From Octopus vulgaris (Eukaryota): a DNA stretch of 64,000 nucleotides. Below are positions 27,222 through 43,456 of the stretch, piece by piece (the first letter of the stretch is position 1; each line of letters opens with the position of its first letter). The position numbers and the translations under genes were made by a program. The stretch spans positions 32,426,001 through 32,490,000 of the forward strand of contig OX597824.1 in assembly GCA_951406725.2 (NCBI GenBank), read 5' to 3'. The notes beneath the pieces are model-generated. The model was given only the letters and a program-made list of their open reading frames with translations, was not told the DNA's origin and ran no database searches.

Positions 27222-28431
27222 ACCAAAATTGCATAAAAATATCTTGAAATGCTAACGAGTAAATTTATTCAATAAAATTGCCATTGGCTTCAACCATGGA
27301 CCATGGTCTCCAGATGACTTCGGAATCTCCTGCAACTCTTCTGGACAGTCACTTTGTTTAAGTTGGTGAATGCTTCAATCCTTGCCTTCAGTTCATCTTT
27401 AGTGTTACAAGGAATTTTGTTGTCCCCTCGCCTAGCTGAACCCCACACATAATAATCAAGGGAGTTGCAGTTTGGGGAGTTAGGTGGCCAGATGTTAGGG
27501 GTGATGTAGTCGCAGAATTTGTCTGACAGCCATGACTGAGTTCTCCTGCTTCTTTGGAATGGTGCAGAGTCCTGCTGCTAAACAGAATCTCCTAGCAGTC
27601 ACCCTCTTGACCCAGGGCAGCACTACCTCCTCCAGGCACTTGATGTAGGCCTCCGTGTTGAGTGTGAAGCCTTGTTGGAAGATGAATGGAGACATAACAT
27701 CACCATCACAAGTGATCAATCCAAACACCATGATGTTGACTGGTTGTTTGATTTTTATCACTCTTGGTACATGTTTTGGGGACAAGGCAAGCCAACAGTT
27801 GCTCTGTGTCTTCACCATCTGAACCTGGCAGAAATTTTTCTTATCTAAGAAAATCCAAAGCATGTTTGGTTGGAGGGGATGCTTGAGTTTGTTCAAAAGT
27901 TTTGTAGCACGGTCTTTCCTCTTGTCCTTGATGGCTTGGGATAAAAATTGACCCTTTCTCATTTTGAATACCAAGTGTCTTCATGTACTACCTGCCTGAT
28001 AAGAAACTCAGATACTCCCGTATCCCTGGTGATAGATCTGATTGACTTAGAGGGATCGTTGTCAATCATAGATTGGATCTCACCAACAAATTCAGGATTT
28101 CTTTTCTTATCAGAACGATCAGATTGAGTTTTCCAAGCTGCTGTACCTTTGTAATCACCATTAGACTCATCCAACTCTTTCTGAATCCTCTGTAGATTGA
28201 CACCCAAACACTCTGAAATGTTCATATTGGAGCTTCCGATGCAAATGCCAAGCAGTACAGCATGTTGTTTCCAAATTTCTGGCATAGTGAATTGCATCAT
28301 AGTGCTGTTTTTCTCACAGATGGTGCCCAAGTGACCCTACTATACTGTATAGTCAACGAAATCAAAAACAAACAATGCTCATGCCCGAAATTAAAAATAT
28401 AAAATGGCGACAATTTACCCATTGCACCCTG
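27222..28431 (-). mobile_element. Tc1/mariner DD37D (maT-type) transposon, decayed, one end lost
   Basis: Transposase fragments in ORFs 27959..28330 and 27495..27974; QQDSAP...WPPNSPNCNSLDY with 37 residues between the Asps; terminus TA-CAGGGTGCAATGGGTAAATTGTC at 28431; other TIR not seen. Confidence 0.88.
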
Positions 28432-28547
28432 TATAATTGAATGTCTTTGTGGCAAATTATGCTGGCATATGATAAAATTGGATCAGAACAATTATGTTTT
28501 ACTTCTTTATATCAGATACTGTGATGCAAAATATAAGTAACTCTTAC

Positions 28548-28613
28548 CTGCATTTCTCGTGTTACAGTCATATTACGGAGATCATAAGGTCGAGGGCTGT
28601 AGCCTTGATCATG
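28548..28613 (-). CDS. RyR: RyR exon: HDQGYSPRPYDLRNMTVTREMQ
   Basis: tag/gtaaga, 66 nt, phase 0->0; GYxPxP motif at the start of repeat 4. Confidence 0.93.
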
Positions 28614-29534
28614 CTAGAAAAATATGACAAAAACAAAAAAATTCACGAAAAGCTATACAAACATTCATACAAGCAATATATATGTTATACTCTGACTTAT
28701 CCATAATTATTTGTCTAATTTCAGTAATTTTAATTGTTTTAACATTAAGGTTACTCTGTCAAATATAATTCCTAGTTTTTCAAATTGCTTTTTTTTCTAT
28801 TAATTATGCATTATTTCTTAGCTTCAGGATTTTGATGATGAGTTTATTTATTTTTACAATGATATTGTAGGGTAGGCTTTGATTACAGGAAATACTAAAT
28901 GTATGATAACTAATTAAGATTATTAATTTAGATATTTACAAGTTATTATTTATAGCTTTGTTTACTTTGAGTTTAACTGTTAAGAACGAATTATTTCACA
29001 GTCTCTTGAAGTTTCTAAATTGTTACAATGTAAATAAGATATTAGTGATTAATAGATTAAGTAATTGGATATTAGAAATTTGTTTGCTCATTTTTACGTC
29101 TGTTTTTTCTATGCTGGATTAAGTTAGATGGTTACTTAGGTTAGATGGATATTTAGGTTAGATGGGTATTATGTGAAGCAGAATTTTTACACCCTTACCT
29201 AATTTAAGATAATTCAAATATATTCTGACAAAAGATTTTAAATTTTATTTTAGAGCTTTACAAATTTAGATCTAAAATTTATCATTTCTGTGTAGTGTTA
29301 TTGAAATTTAATAAATTTTGCTAAATATATTGAATAATTTATATATTCTTTGAAAATTATTTGATTTATATAAAAGAGTAAAGAATTTGTACATTTTGAA
29401 AAATCAAAAGTTTTGAAAAAAAAAAAATGGAAATTTCCTGAGCAAACTGGCATTGTTAATTTCTTATAACCACCAAGCCTATCCCTCCCCACAGGCATGT
29501 TAGGAAAACTCTTGTAAAACTGATGTAATCTTAC

Positions 29535-29672
29535 TACATTTGATTTTGAAGCTCGTCTTTTGATGCCCTCATTTGACTGTAAAACTCTGCTGTCTTCACA
29601 ATCCAAAGACCATCCAAGTGCTATAGTGCACTTCAAGGAATTCCTTACTGGTTCTGTGTATTTGAATTTTTC
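29535..29672 (-). CDS. RyR: RyR exon: EKFKYTEPVRNSLKCTIALGWSLDCEDSRVLQSNEGIKRRASKSNV
   Basis: cag/gtaaga, 138 nt, phase 0->0; contains the phosphorylation loop. Confidence 0.93.
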
Positions 29673-30038
29673 CTGTAAATAACAACAAAATAATGATTAT
29701 GAAATTTTCAAAAATGCTTCAAAAATTTAGCATTTAAAAAAAGTAAGGAAATACAATTGAGCAGATCTTTTGATATTACTTTTGAATGTATATTTATATA
29801 TTTACACACATACACTCATACACACATGCACACACACACATGCATGTGCAAACACACATATGCATCTATAAGCACAACTATGTGCATATGTGATGTATGT
29901 GTGCATGTATTTGTGTGCATTACTTTGATATAGTGTCTAATTGTGTTCCTTTATAAAGGATCAAACATTCTTGAAATTTTCTGCTACAAAATGGGTAGAA
30001 GTGTAAAAGAACATCTTAAATAAGTAGTTCACAAACCA

Positions 30039-30084
<46 letters not shown>

Positions 30085-30097
30085 GTAATCAACATAC

Positions 30098-30187
30098 TGC
30101 TTCTGTAAGAAGATGATATGGTTTCAGTGATGGATGGGTTTTCTTGTCTTCATTATATTCGGTTCCATAGACCCAGGCCTGGTCAAC
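30098..30187 (-). CDS. RyR: RyR exon (repeat 3): VDQAWVYGTEYNEDKKTHPSLKPYHLLTEA
   Basis: tag/gtatgt, 90 nt, phase 0->0; WxYG...HPxLxPY motif. Confidence 0.95.
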
Positions 30188-31562
30188 CTAGAGGAGACAC
30201 AAATAGACACAAATAATAAATTGCAAAGGATTTATAAATGGATCAAAACATTTCTTTATATATATATATATATGTATACACACACACATATATATAAATA
30301 TATATATATATATACACACACACATTAGAAAGACAAGCTTTACATTAAGACATTAAAGTTATCTGATCAATTTCTCCAATTAGGGATGTGTTAAAGGCGA
30401 CTATTATTGGCATTAATGTTTTTTTAATCCTGACCAGCCCTAATCAGCCTGACCTATGAAAAACACTTCTCACTCATTATCAGCCCATGTTTTCTTTTAT
30501 GCACTACATTGGCCAATGTGCCTCTACTTCTTAGAGACAGTAGGATGAGATTTGAGGGATAGCTGGCTGCTATGTCTAAGAGGTTAGTGACAGTATATGG
30601 AGAGCCTTTTATGATAAACATAAGGTATGATGCCATCAGTTTCATAACTGAGCATCAGGAACTTAGTTGTTGTTCAGTCCAAGAGTAACCTTGATGGAGC
30701 AGACTTATGCTCAAAGGCATTACATCTGTGACTATCCCATCTGTCTAGAGATCTCTGGGACTGCGTTATCAAATATTTCCTATTCTGATTATACTGGGTT
30801 ACTATTCATTAGGTAAGCCATACAGTCTTTGGTTCGATAGAAGTTGAGTTCTAAAATGTAGTCAACCTAGTTCTTAACTTTTTGGTTTATTAAAACTCTC
30901 ATTTGGTAAAATGTTTAATTAATAATTCACAGGTTTTATAATGCTGATAATTTTTAGTAAGAACAAAATAGCGCTATATCTAATTATCATCAACAAGAAA
31001 TTGTAAGAACTTTGTAATAAGTAAACACAAAAAACAAATAAATATGTGAATTTGATGCAGCTTTTTCTTTGATATTCCTTAATTTAGAATCTAAATTTCA
31101 AATTCTGCCTCATATGAAAAAATAATTATATTCATTGCATTGATGGTTATCAATTGAGAACAAAATGTATTTGAAAACTTTGAAATAGTTATTTGATAAT
31201 ACAGTTAGAAATTAAATGAATAAACACTCATTTGATACTACTGTTAGCAATAAACATTAATTTGGGAATACACTAAGGAGTTATATGAATAAAAGAAATT
31301 TTGATAATTCTGCAAGGAATTATAAGGATATATAATTTACAAATCATTTATTATGTTCTTGAGAATTTACCATTTTTGCTTTTCAGTTGAGTACACATTT
31401 ATTGGATTGACAGATAAATTTGTTCATTTTTTCTTCCTTTTTATTTAATTTTTTCCAATGTTATTTGAGTCAACATGAAAATATTTTCATTATAGTGTTT
31501 TATGGATTTTCGTGGATCTTTGAAATTTGAATAAATTTTACCTCGTTTCAGACAGGAAAATA

Positions 31563-32135
31563 TTGGGTTGTCCGGAAAGTTTCTTGCCGATTTATAGTAG
31601 CTTATCTTTCGACTTATTTTAGAACATGGTTGAGTCCATAAAATAGGATCTGACTATACCTCCATTTAGAGCACAGTTTAAGCTATCTTTTTGGGGAAGA
31701 ATGTTTATGTTTATGTTCCTATAAGCTGTGTTAATTCTGTAACCCTTTAAAGTGGAAGATAAGAAAGTTCATTTTTGGCACTTGATGCTTTGGGAACCAG
31801 ACAAAAATTAGTGCAGCTCAGTTGGGATGTGTTACCCCACCCTCCATATTCAACAGATATTGTTCCTTTGGATTTCCACTTATTCAGGTCTCTGCAGAAT
31901 GGTCTGAAAGGTAAAAATTTCAATTCCTTGGATGATATAAAAAGATACCTTGATGAATTCTTTGCCATGAAACCACCTCAATTCTGAGAAGAGGGTATTT
32001 TCAAGTTAAAGGAAATATGGAGACGCTTTGTGCAACAAAATGGTTCATATTTGGCTGATTAAAAATGTAATAGCAAGTATTTATTGACCTTTTTCTTTCC
32101 TTTAAAAATCGGCACAAACTTTCCAGACAACCCAA
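31563..32135 (+). mobile_element. Mariner internal-deletion derivative, about 573 bp
   Basis: TIRs TTGGGTTGTCCGGAAAGTTT / AAACTTTCCAGACAACCCAA with TA flanks; N-terminal EDKKVHFWHLMLW fused near 31795 to C-terminal WDVLPHPPYSTDIVPLDFHLFRSLQN. Confidence 0.9.
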
Positions 32136-33125
32136 TAGAATACCAAGTAGAAAAGGAAGAACGAATTTATTTGATTACCCAATATATATTATCACCTCAG
32201 AATTTACTTAATCAAGGAAATTATCTAAGAATTGATTTACAACGGTGGTTTCAAACCATATTTTGTCTATGGACCCCTTTGATTCCTTTTTTACTTAGGT
32301 GGACACCCCCTAGCTATTCAATCTTTAAAAAATATTTTTATGATTAAATATTATCAGGAATTGTATAAAAATTGTTAAAGATATTTTGTATATAGTAGAA
32401 ATGTAACCAATTTATTGCACATAATTTTTTTACCCCCAAGAATCATATGGACCCTGGTCTTGAACCACTGATTTAGAATGTCAAAAACACATACTTAGTG
32501 CATTAGGTACTGTCTACTAATGTTTTACAAATACTTTAATTGTTTGAACATTTGCATAAAAGTGTCTGAAAACCATGTTTCAATGATTTAGCTTTCACTT
32601 GTACCACTAAACCTTTCAGTCTTTATGTTTCATGAATACAAAATAATTCATACCTTCTATGTGTACAATGAGATATTAATAATTGATCTCAAAACCTGAA
32701 GCACTTTTTATATTTTGAGTTGAGCTATAACACTTCTAACACAGTTATTCCATTATTTCATCCTGTGATGCACTTGCACATACTACTAGTGGTGTTTCTT
32801 TCGAATCATTAGGTGTTTTCAAAACTCAGATTCCCTCACTCCAAGTGACCCAGCTAGTGTTGACCAAACCCCAGCTTGTGTCCAGTTAGTACTACCTCTG
32901 ACAGCTCTGCCTTTTCCAGGGCTCATGCCTCCTGATTCACAGCCCCCTTGAGGTATTCTCTGTTACCCCCACAGCTAGCTTAATGGCTTTTCACCTACTT
33001 GATCCCATGATGTCCAGTATGTTGTAAGCTCTGTTGATGGATTAATTAGCACAGAAAATTAGAAGAGAATATAAAGTAAGGAAATCAATTGAAGTTCTTG
33101 TATAATTTTCTTAATCAATGCTTAC

Positions 33126-33204
33126 CTTTTTAACAGCCCAGCAATCATGATAATGCTCTGCAAATTTTGAAACCACAGCTTCTAGAGCAGGATTTAAGTT
33201 AATG
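33126..33204 (-). CDS. RyR: RyR exon (repeat 3): SINLNPALEAVVSKFAEHYHDCWAVKK
   Basis: cag/gtaagc, 79 nt, phase 2->0; AExxHxxW RyR-repeat motif. Confidence 0.94.
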
Positions 33205-33577
33205 CTGTGAATTGAATGAGAATTAAAATATTATAACAAACACTCTGCACAAATAAATTATGTTAAAATTGCTTGATTACATTGCATATTTATTTCTTGC
33301 ACCACCAGGTAATTTTCATGACAATCACTACATTCTTATTATAGAGGAATGCAAAATAGTTTCTTAAAGCTTTTCTTCATGTGCTTGTGCTTATAAGACA
33401 CAATTATGCCAGCTAAGTGAAGGAACATATAAATTACAACTACTAAATTTTAAAGGAACAAGAATTTAACATAAGTTACAAAATAATGTTAATGAAATTG
33501 GAATAAAACAAATTTTGGTATTTGTTTTCAGGGATTCTTAATAACTGTGGAAATAGTCTTAAAATATGCAAACTTAC

Positions 33578-33732
33578 CTTTTGGTATTGACTGGATTAGG
33601 AACATACTCTGCTTCTACCCCTTGAACAGTAGAAATGTCATCTTGGTTAGTCAAGGAATAATCTGGAGACATAGCACAGCCTATAGCTGAGAGGCATGGT
33701 AAGGCCCGAGAAAACAGTTCTGGATCATAACC
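33578..33732 (-). CDS. RyR: RyR exon: GYDPELFSRALPCLSAIGCAMSPDYSLTNQDD...YVPNPVNTK
   Basis: cag/gtaagt, 155 nt, phase 0->2. Confidence 0.94.
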
Positions 33733-34399
33733 CTGCAGGTACAAATTTGAAATTTATTTTTCATTGTGAAACAGAAAATACTGACATGACTAGAATTATA
33801 ATCATAAATAAGTTTAAAATACTTCCAAGATTGTTTATCTTTTATTTTTTTACTTGTTTCAGTCATTAGACAGAGGCCATGCTGGGGCACCACATTGAAG
33901 GGTTTATTGAAAGAAATTGGCCACAGTATTACTTTTTTAAGCCTGGTGTTTATTCTATTGGTCTCTTTGTTGAACCACAAAGTTACAGGGATGTAAATGA
34001 ACCAACACCAGTTGTCAAGCAGTGGTAGGGAACAAATACAAATGAAAAAATCCACACTCATTTATAAATATATGGGCCTCCAAACAGTCTCTGTCAACCA
34101 AAGTCATTCACAAGGTTACAAAAGATACTCACTCAAGGTGCAGTGGGACTGAACCTGAAACCATGTGGTTTCAAGCAAGCCTCTTAACCACGTGCTTGTT
34201 TATGACTTTTTAAAATAAAAGTAAATGTTTATTTTTTCCTGCTGCAGTTGATTTTTACCTTACATCTCATTAGGGGTTGATGAAGTAAGTAGCAATTATT
34301 ATAATGGTGTCGATTATATTAAGTATAACTAACTACTTGCAATGCTATGGTCTGGTAACAATATATAAAAAATCAATATGAAGTTTTTGGTTTACTTAC

Positions 34400-34540
34400 T
34401 CTTTGGGCCAATGAATCAAATATGCCACTGAAAAGAACCATTGTCAGACGACGTTCTTCCTCACTTGCAGATCCAAAGGATCCCCAACCACCGTGGCTTC
34501 CATAGTAACTTCCACACCTCTCATAATGCGATGTTAACAA
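34400..34540 (-). CDS. RyR: RyR exon: [47 protein letters not shown]
   Basis: cag/gtaagt, 141 nt, phase 0->0. Confidence 0.95.
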
Positions 34541-34558
34541 CTGGAAAATTAGATAAGT

Positions 34559-34987
34559 AAGACAGTGGTTAAAAAAAGACAATGGTTAAAAAAAGACAAT
34601 GGTTAAAAAAAGACAGTGGTTAAAAAAAGATAGTGGTTAAATAAGACTGGTTAAAAAAAGACGGTGGTTTAAAAAAATGAATTCTGAAATATATAAAATA
34701 ACTTGGAAACTTTCAAATTGAATTTACAGTTATATTCTTATTCTAATATAATTTCAAAGTCTGAAATATGGTAAAATATTATGAAAGATGAATATTTCTT
34801 TAACTGGAAAAAAAAATGAATTCTGAAATGTATATAATAACTTGGATAACATTATTTTAAAAAATCTCACTCAAGAATCTTTCAAATTGAATTTATAGTT
34901 AAACTCTTATTCTAATATAATTTCAAAGTCTGAAATATGGTAAAATATTATGAAAGATAAATATTTCTTTAACTTGGAAAAAAAAAA
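34559..34987. repeat. About 19-bp minisatellite (about 6 x aagacagtggttaaaaaa) followed by a 140-175-bp tandem duplication
   Basis: Seen directly; occupies most of intron 34541-35073. Confidence 0.88.
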
Positions 34988-35073
34988 GAGTATAAAAATG
35001 AATCAAATATACTATTGATAAAAATTTATTAAATTCAAGAAAAATTCTAAAGAAGAAAATGAAAGATTCTTAC

Positions 35074-35164
35074 TCTTAGTGGCACGACTGCACTATCAGA
35101 TAAAGCAGGTACATCCACAGTCATTTTTCTCAGAAGCTTTGTCATCATTGGTGGACGGAGTTGA
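35074..35164 (-). CDS. RyR: RyR exon: (H)QLRPPMMTKLLRKMTVDVPALSDSAVVPLR
   Basis: tttcag/gtaaga, 91 nt, phase 2->0; resembles RyR1 YIRPSMLQHLLRRLVFDVP; not in ORF track. Confidence 0.93.
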
Positions 35165-35308
35165 CTGAAATGTACAGAAAATTCATTTGAAGATAATTGC
35201 ATATAAAATTATCACGTAACAAAACTTCACTATTATATTCTAGTTTATTTACATGAGATAGTATACAAACTAATGTTTATAATAAATAATATCAATACCA
35301 TGGTGTGC

Positions 35309-38106
<2,798 letters not shown>

Positions 38107-38160
38107 TGAGAGAAGGGGAAAGAGAGAAAGAAAGAGAAAGAGAGCGAGCATATAAGGTTC

Positions 38161-38552
38161 TAACTACACTGAAACCAATGAATCCTAATGAGAATGAAAT
38201 TGTAGTTTTCAGTTATTAAGGCTGATATGTTCTCTTTAGGGGTTTAATTCCAGAATTGTTTTAGAGCAAGGCTTGAAATACTTGAGTTATTAATTCATGT
38301 GTTCTTACAGTATGTTGTGTAAAATATGACTGGATATAACAAAATAGCTCCTAGTCGTAACTACACTGAAACCAATGAATCCTAATGAGAATGAAATTGT
38401 AGTTTTCAGTTATTAAGGCTGATATGTTCACTTTAGGGTTTAATTCCAGAATTGTTTTAGAGCAAGGCTTGAAATACTTGAGTTATTAATTCATGTGTTC
38501 TTACAGTATGTTGTGTAAAATATGACTGGATATAACAAAATAGCTCCTAGTC
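38161..38552. repeat. Tandem duplication, 2 x about 196 bp
   Basis: taactacactgaaaccaatg at 38161 and 38358; few differences. Confidence 0.92.
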
Positions 38553-38842
38553 AGCTGTACACAAGCTGACTAAGATCAAGAAAGAGCATTTAAGACACGA
38601 CCATGCCTGCTTTCTTTCTTCAAACATAGTACACCATGACTAATTGATTAATTCAATGTATCCTTTCCTTTTATAAGATGATAGAATGAAATTTGAGGAG
38701 AATTGGTTGCTATTTCTAGCCCCAAAAAATCATGATTGAATGATCAAGCAGAAACTCACATATTATAAGAAAAGTGATACCCTTACAATTAGTCACAATT
38801 ATCAGTATTATAAATAAATATTGTAAGCAGATTTATATGATT

Positions 38843-38874
<32 letters not shown>

Positions 38875-38916
38875 TGTATGTATGTATGTATGTATGTATG
38901 TATATATATATATATG

Positions 38917-39210
38917 TGGAGGCGCAATGGCCCAGTGATTAGGGCAGCAGAATCGCGGTCGGTGGATCGCGGTTTCGATTCCCAGACCAGGCGTTGTGAG
39001 TGTTTATTGAGCAAAAACACCTAAAGCTCCACGAGGCTCCGGCAGTGGGTGGTGGTGATCCCTGCTGTACTCTTTCGCCACAACTTTCTCTCACTCATTC
39101 TTCTGTTGGCCTGCTTGCTTAGCCAGCGGGGTGGCGTCATTTGAAGGCTAAAACAATGCGAACCGCATTGTGACCAGAGATGTGTAGCAACATCTGATAG
39201 ATCACGGTGA
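38917..39210 (+). mobile_element. tRNA-derived SINE
   Basis: A-box tggcccagtgattagg and B-box ggtttcgattccc head followed by non-tRNA body; microsatellite flanks. Confidence 0.8.
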
Positions 39211-40366
39211 TATATATATATATATATATTGCTTAATAAAGAAGAATTTGTGCTCATACACTGACAAACAGGATTAGTTTCAACAGTCATATTTCCTCTG
39301 GAGAACCTTACATGGCCTCAAATAACACTTGTTTGTGGCCATGAGGGTAAATGGAACTGAGGACTAACTGTCTACAGCAACATAAACTAGAGAACCCTGC
39401 ATCATCAATGAAGTCAATATTGCTCAATAAGGTGAACTCTTGGATCTGCAGAACTTTCCTACCAAAGAAGGATCTAGATGTTATCATCCTTCTTTACTTT
39501 TGCAGGGACTCATGAAGAATATGTGTCCAGCAACAGCAAACAAAATATGAAAACTGAAGGATCCTAGAAGATGCTCACAAAAACAGAAGCAGAAAGAAGA
39601 AGGAATAACAGATTTTCAGAACCCTCAGACGTTATCCTCTGAAGATTACAACATTTGTGTAATGTAAAAAATATACCAATGCCATTGCCCAAATGACATT
39701 AGAACCAAGTTTAAAAATCACCAAAAATACTAGATATCACTTAAGAAAACTGAAATCACAGCACATAACAACAGTGTGGCAGATTCTTGACACAACTAAC
39801 CTAAAACTATTCAAAACTAATCTGAGAAAATCAAGAAAGAAAAAAATAGCCATAAACTTTGAACAATGTCAGACAAATTTCTCCAAAAAATACCAGACAA
39901 ACTCTCAAAATCCAGATGTTTTAGCCAACAGTTGTTCCCTATATAAAAGTATAATAGTATCTCAAAATATGCTTCCCTTCCTTAAAGGCATCAACAGGTG
40001 GTACCAGTAAGTGTAGGTTTTATTTACATATATGCAGAATAACAAGAATATATATGCATGTGTGTGTACATACACACACACATACACATACATACATACA
40101 TGTGCATACAGTATTGATAGTAGCGTGTGGATTTTACCTATAATAATAAATGTAAAATTCTGTCTGTCTGGGACCCCTATATCTCAGTCTATTTGCTCTA
40201 CATAGACATATACCATTTTTGAATCAGGATGATCTCAGGATTGCAAATCTGCCCTTCATTTGGTTCTTGAAAATCTAGCATTGGGATCTGATTTAAAAGC
40301 ATTTGGGTTGCTATTTCTAGCAAGTAAAGCTTATATATATATATATATTTATATATGTGTGTGTGT

Positions 40367-40808
<442 letters not shown>

Positions 40809-40892
40809 GATGCTGGCTCATAACACAAATATAGAATTAATAATTCATGTGTTCTTACATATGTTAAATACAATGATGTGTGTGAATTCAAG

Positions 40893-41072
40893 TCTTGCTC
40901 TAATTTGATGTTGTGGCTATAATTCATATAAAGAACATATGGTTTTAGTAACTGAAGGTTCATGATTGTAACTTAGTTAGGTCTCATTCAGTTTCAGTAT
41001 GGTTCCTTTTGTCAGACAAAATTATGGTCATTTGTGAACAAGCATACAGCTGAAACAATATGACTTAATTTA

Positions 41073-41116
<44 letters not shown>

Positions 41117-41155
41117 ATATATATGCGTTCTTGTCCCAGTTTGTATTTTTATATG

Positions 41156-41209
<54 letters not shown>

Positions 41210-41921
41210 TACATTTAAAGCTTCCTGATTGATTTATCAATCATCTAAATCTAGGTGACAAGATGATATATAAACTATGTGACTGAGAGAGGAAGTAGAG
41301 TGAGTTCTAACTACACTAAAGACAAATGAAACCAAAATATGTTGAAATTGTGATCTAATGGTTCTTAAATACCTAATGTTCCTTGGTTGTATAACACATT
41401 GCAAATTGCAGCCCATGTTTTCAAGATAATTTAATAAAATAACAAATAAGGCTTAAAAAACAAAGTACTTTTTTTGAGAGATTTTAACCATCACAAATAA
41501 CATTATATCCAGCAGGTAAAAGCCAGTACGAAGCACTAAAATTAACCTCATTGCTGTTGTAGACCACTTGAATTTAGTTAAAACATTTGGAAATATCAAA
41601 CAAGGAATCATAAATTGAACAAGGGATCATAAATAACTAGTTGACTCATTTCAACATGATATAAACAGTGGTGTAGTGTTTGTATGATTTTATGAGAGGC
41701 CAAATCTAAATTGTTATTCTCTCCACAAAGAAATTTAAAGGCAAATATGTCAAAGAATTGTTTTTTCTAGCATTTTTCTTTCTCATTTTCTTTCTCATAC
41801 TTAGGGGAAGAGTAACAGCCTGAAACTTTATATTCTATTCTGTTCAAAGCAATTGAAATTATCAATCTTTCTTATTACAAGCTTTCATAGTCATTTGTTT
41901 GTAAATCAATACATGATGTGC

Positions 41922-41965
<44 letters not shown>

Positions 41966-42143
41966 TTGCTCTAATTTGATGTTGTGGCTATAATTCATAT
42001 AAAGAACATATGGTTTTAGTAACTGAAGGTTCATGATTGTAACTTAGTTAGGTCTCATTCAGTTTCAGTATGGTTCCTTTTGTCAGACAAAATTATGGTC
42101 ATTTGTGAACAAGCATACAGCTGAAACAATATGACTTAATTTA

Positions 42144-42187
<44 letters not shown>

Positions 42188-42226
42188 ATATATATGCGTT
42201 CTTGTCCCAGTTTGTATTTTTATATG

Positions 42227-42280
<54 letters not shown>

Positions 42281-42992
42281 TACATTTAAAGCTTCCTGAT
42301 TGATTTATCAATCATCTAAATCTAGGTGACAAGATGATATATAAACTATGTGACTGAGAGAGGAAGTAGAGTGAGTTCTAACTACACTAAAGACAAATGA
42401 AACCAAAATATGTTGAAATTGTGATCTAATGGTTCTTAAATACCTAATGTTCCTTGGTTGTATAACACATTGCAAATTGCAGCCCATGTTTTCAAGATAA
42501 TTTAATAAAATAACAAATAAGGCTTAAAAAACAAAGTACTTTTTTTGAGAGATTTTAACCATCACAAATAACATTATATCCAGCAGGTAAAAGCCAGTAC
42601 GAAGCACTAAAATTAACCTCATTGCTGTTGTAGACCACTTGAATTTAGTTAAAACATTTGGAAATATCAAACAAGGAATCATAAATTGAACAAGGGATCA
42701 TAAATAACTAGTTGACTCATTTCAACATGATATAAACAGTGGTGTAGTGTTTGTATGATTTTATGAGAGGCCAAATCTAAATTGTTATTCTCTCCACAAA
42801 GAAATTTAAAGGCAAATATGTCAAAGAATTGTTTTTTCTAGCATTTTTCTTTCTCATTTTCTTTCTCATACTTAGGGGAAGAGTAACAGCCTGAAACTTT
42901 ATATTCTATTCTGTTCAAAGCAATTGAAATTATCAATCTTTCTTATTACAAGCTTTCATAGTCATTTGTTTGTAAATCAATACATGATGTGC

Positions 42993-43034
<42 letters not shown>
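40893..43034. repeat. Tandem duplication, 2 x 1071 bp
   Basis: 40893 aligns to 41964 and 41921 to 42992 at a constant offset of 1071. Confidence 0.95.
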
Positions 43035-43046
<12 letters not shown>

Positions 43047-43420
43047 CATTATTATTATTATAACATCATCATCATTATTGTTGCTGTTGTTGTTTCAAGC
43101 CCATCTTCTTCAGCAGCCAGAAACATCATTTATTCAAAAAAAACATGGTAACTATCTGAAAAGTACTCAGTCTATATTACTTTCCTAATCTTTATTTAAC
43201 TGGTACTAGGCCAATTACTTGAATGAACTTGAAGGGATAAATATGCATACATACATATATATATACATACATACATAAATTTACATTTCTTTTCTGATGC
43301 ATGAAGCAATGGCTGCAAGTTTGGTTTATAAATACACTGATTGCAAATGAATTGACATACTATTTACTATTGAAACACATGTAGCATATATTACCAGTCA
43401 TTATCTATTCATCTTCATTT

Positions 43421-43456
<36 letters not shown>

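Noticed and set aside
34559-34670. CRISPR-like short direct repeats (also 1520-1740, 55830-55920)
   Set aside because: No unique spacers, no cas genes, eukaryotic intron; these are minisatellites or SINE-internal repeats.
38917-38990. tRNA-like sequences (also at 40367, 53390, 55225)
   Set aside because: They continue into SINE bodies and lack a proper acceptor stem; these are SINE heads, not tRNA genes.
39300-40010. 105-aa plus-strand ORF 39693-40010
   Set aside because: No recognisable motif or splice structure; probably a decayed retroelement that I cannot classify.
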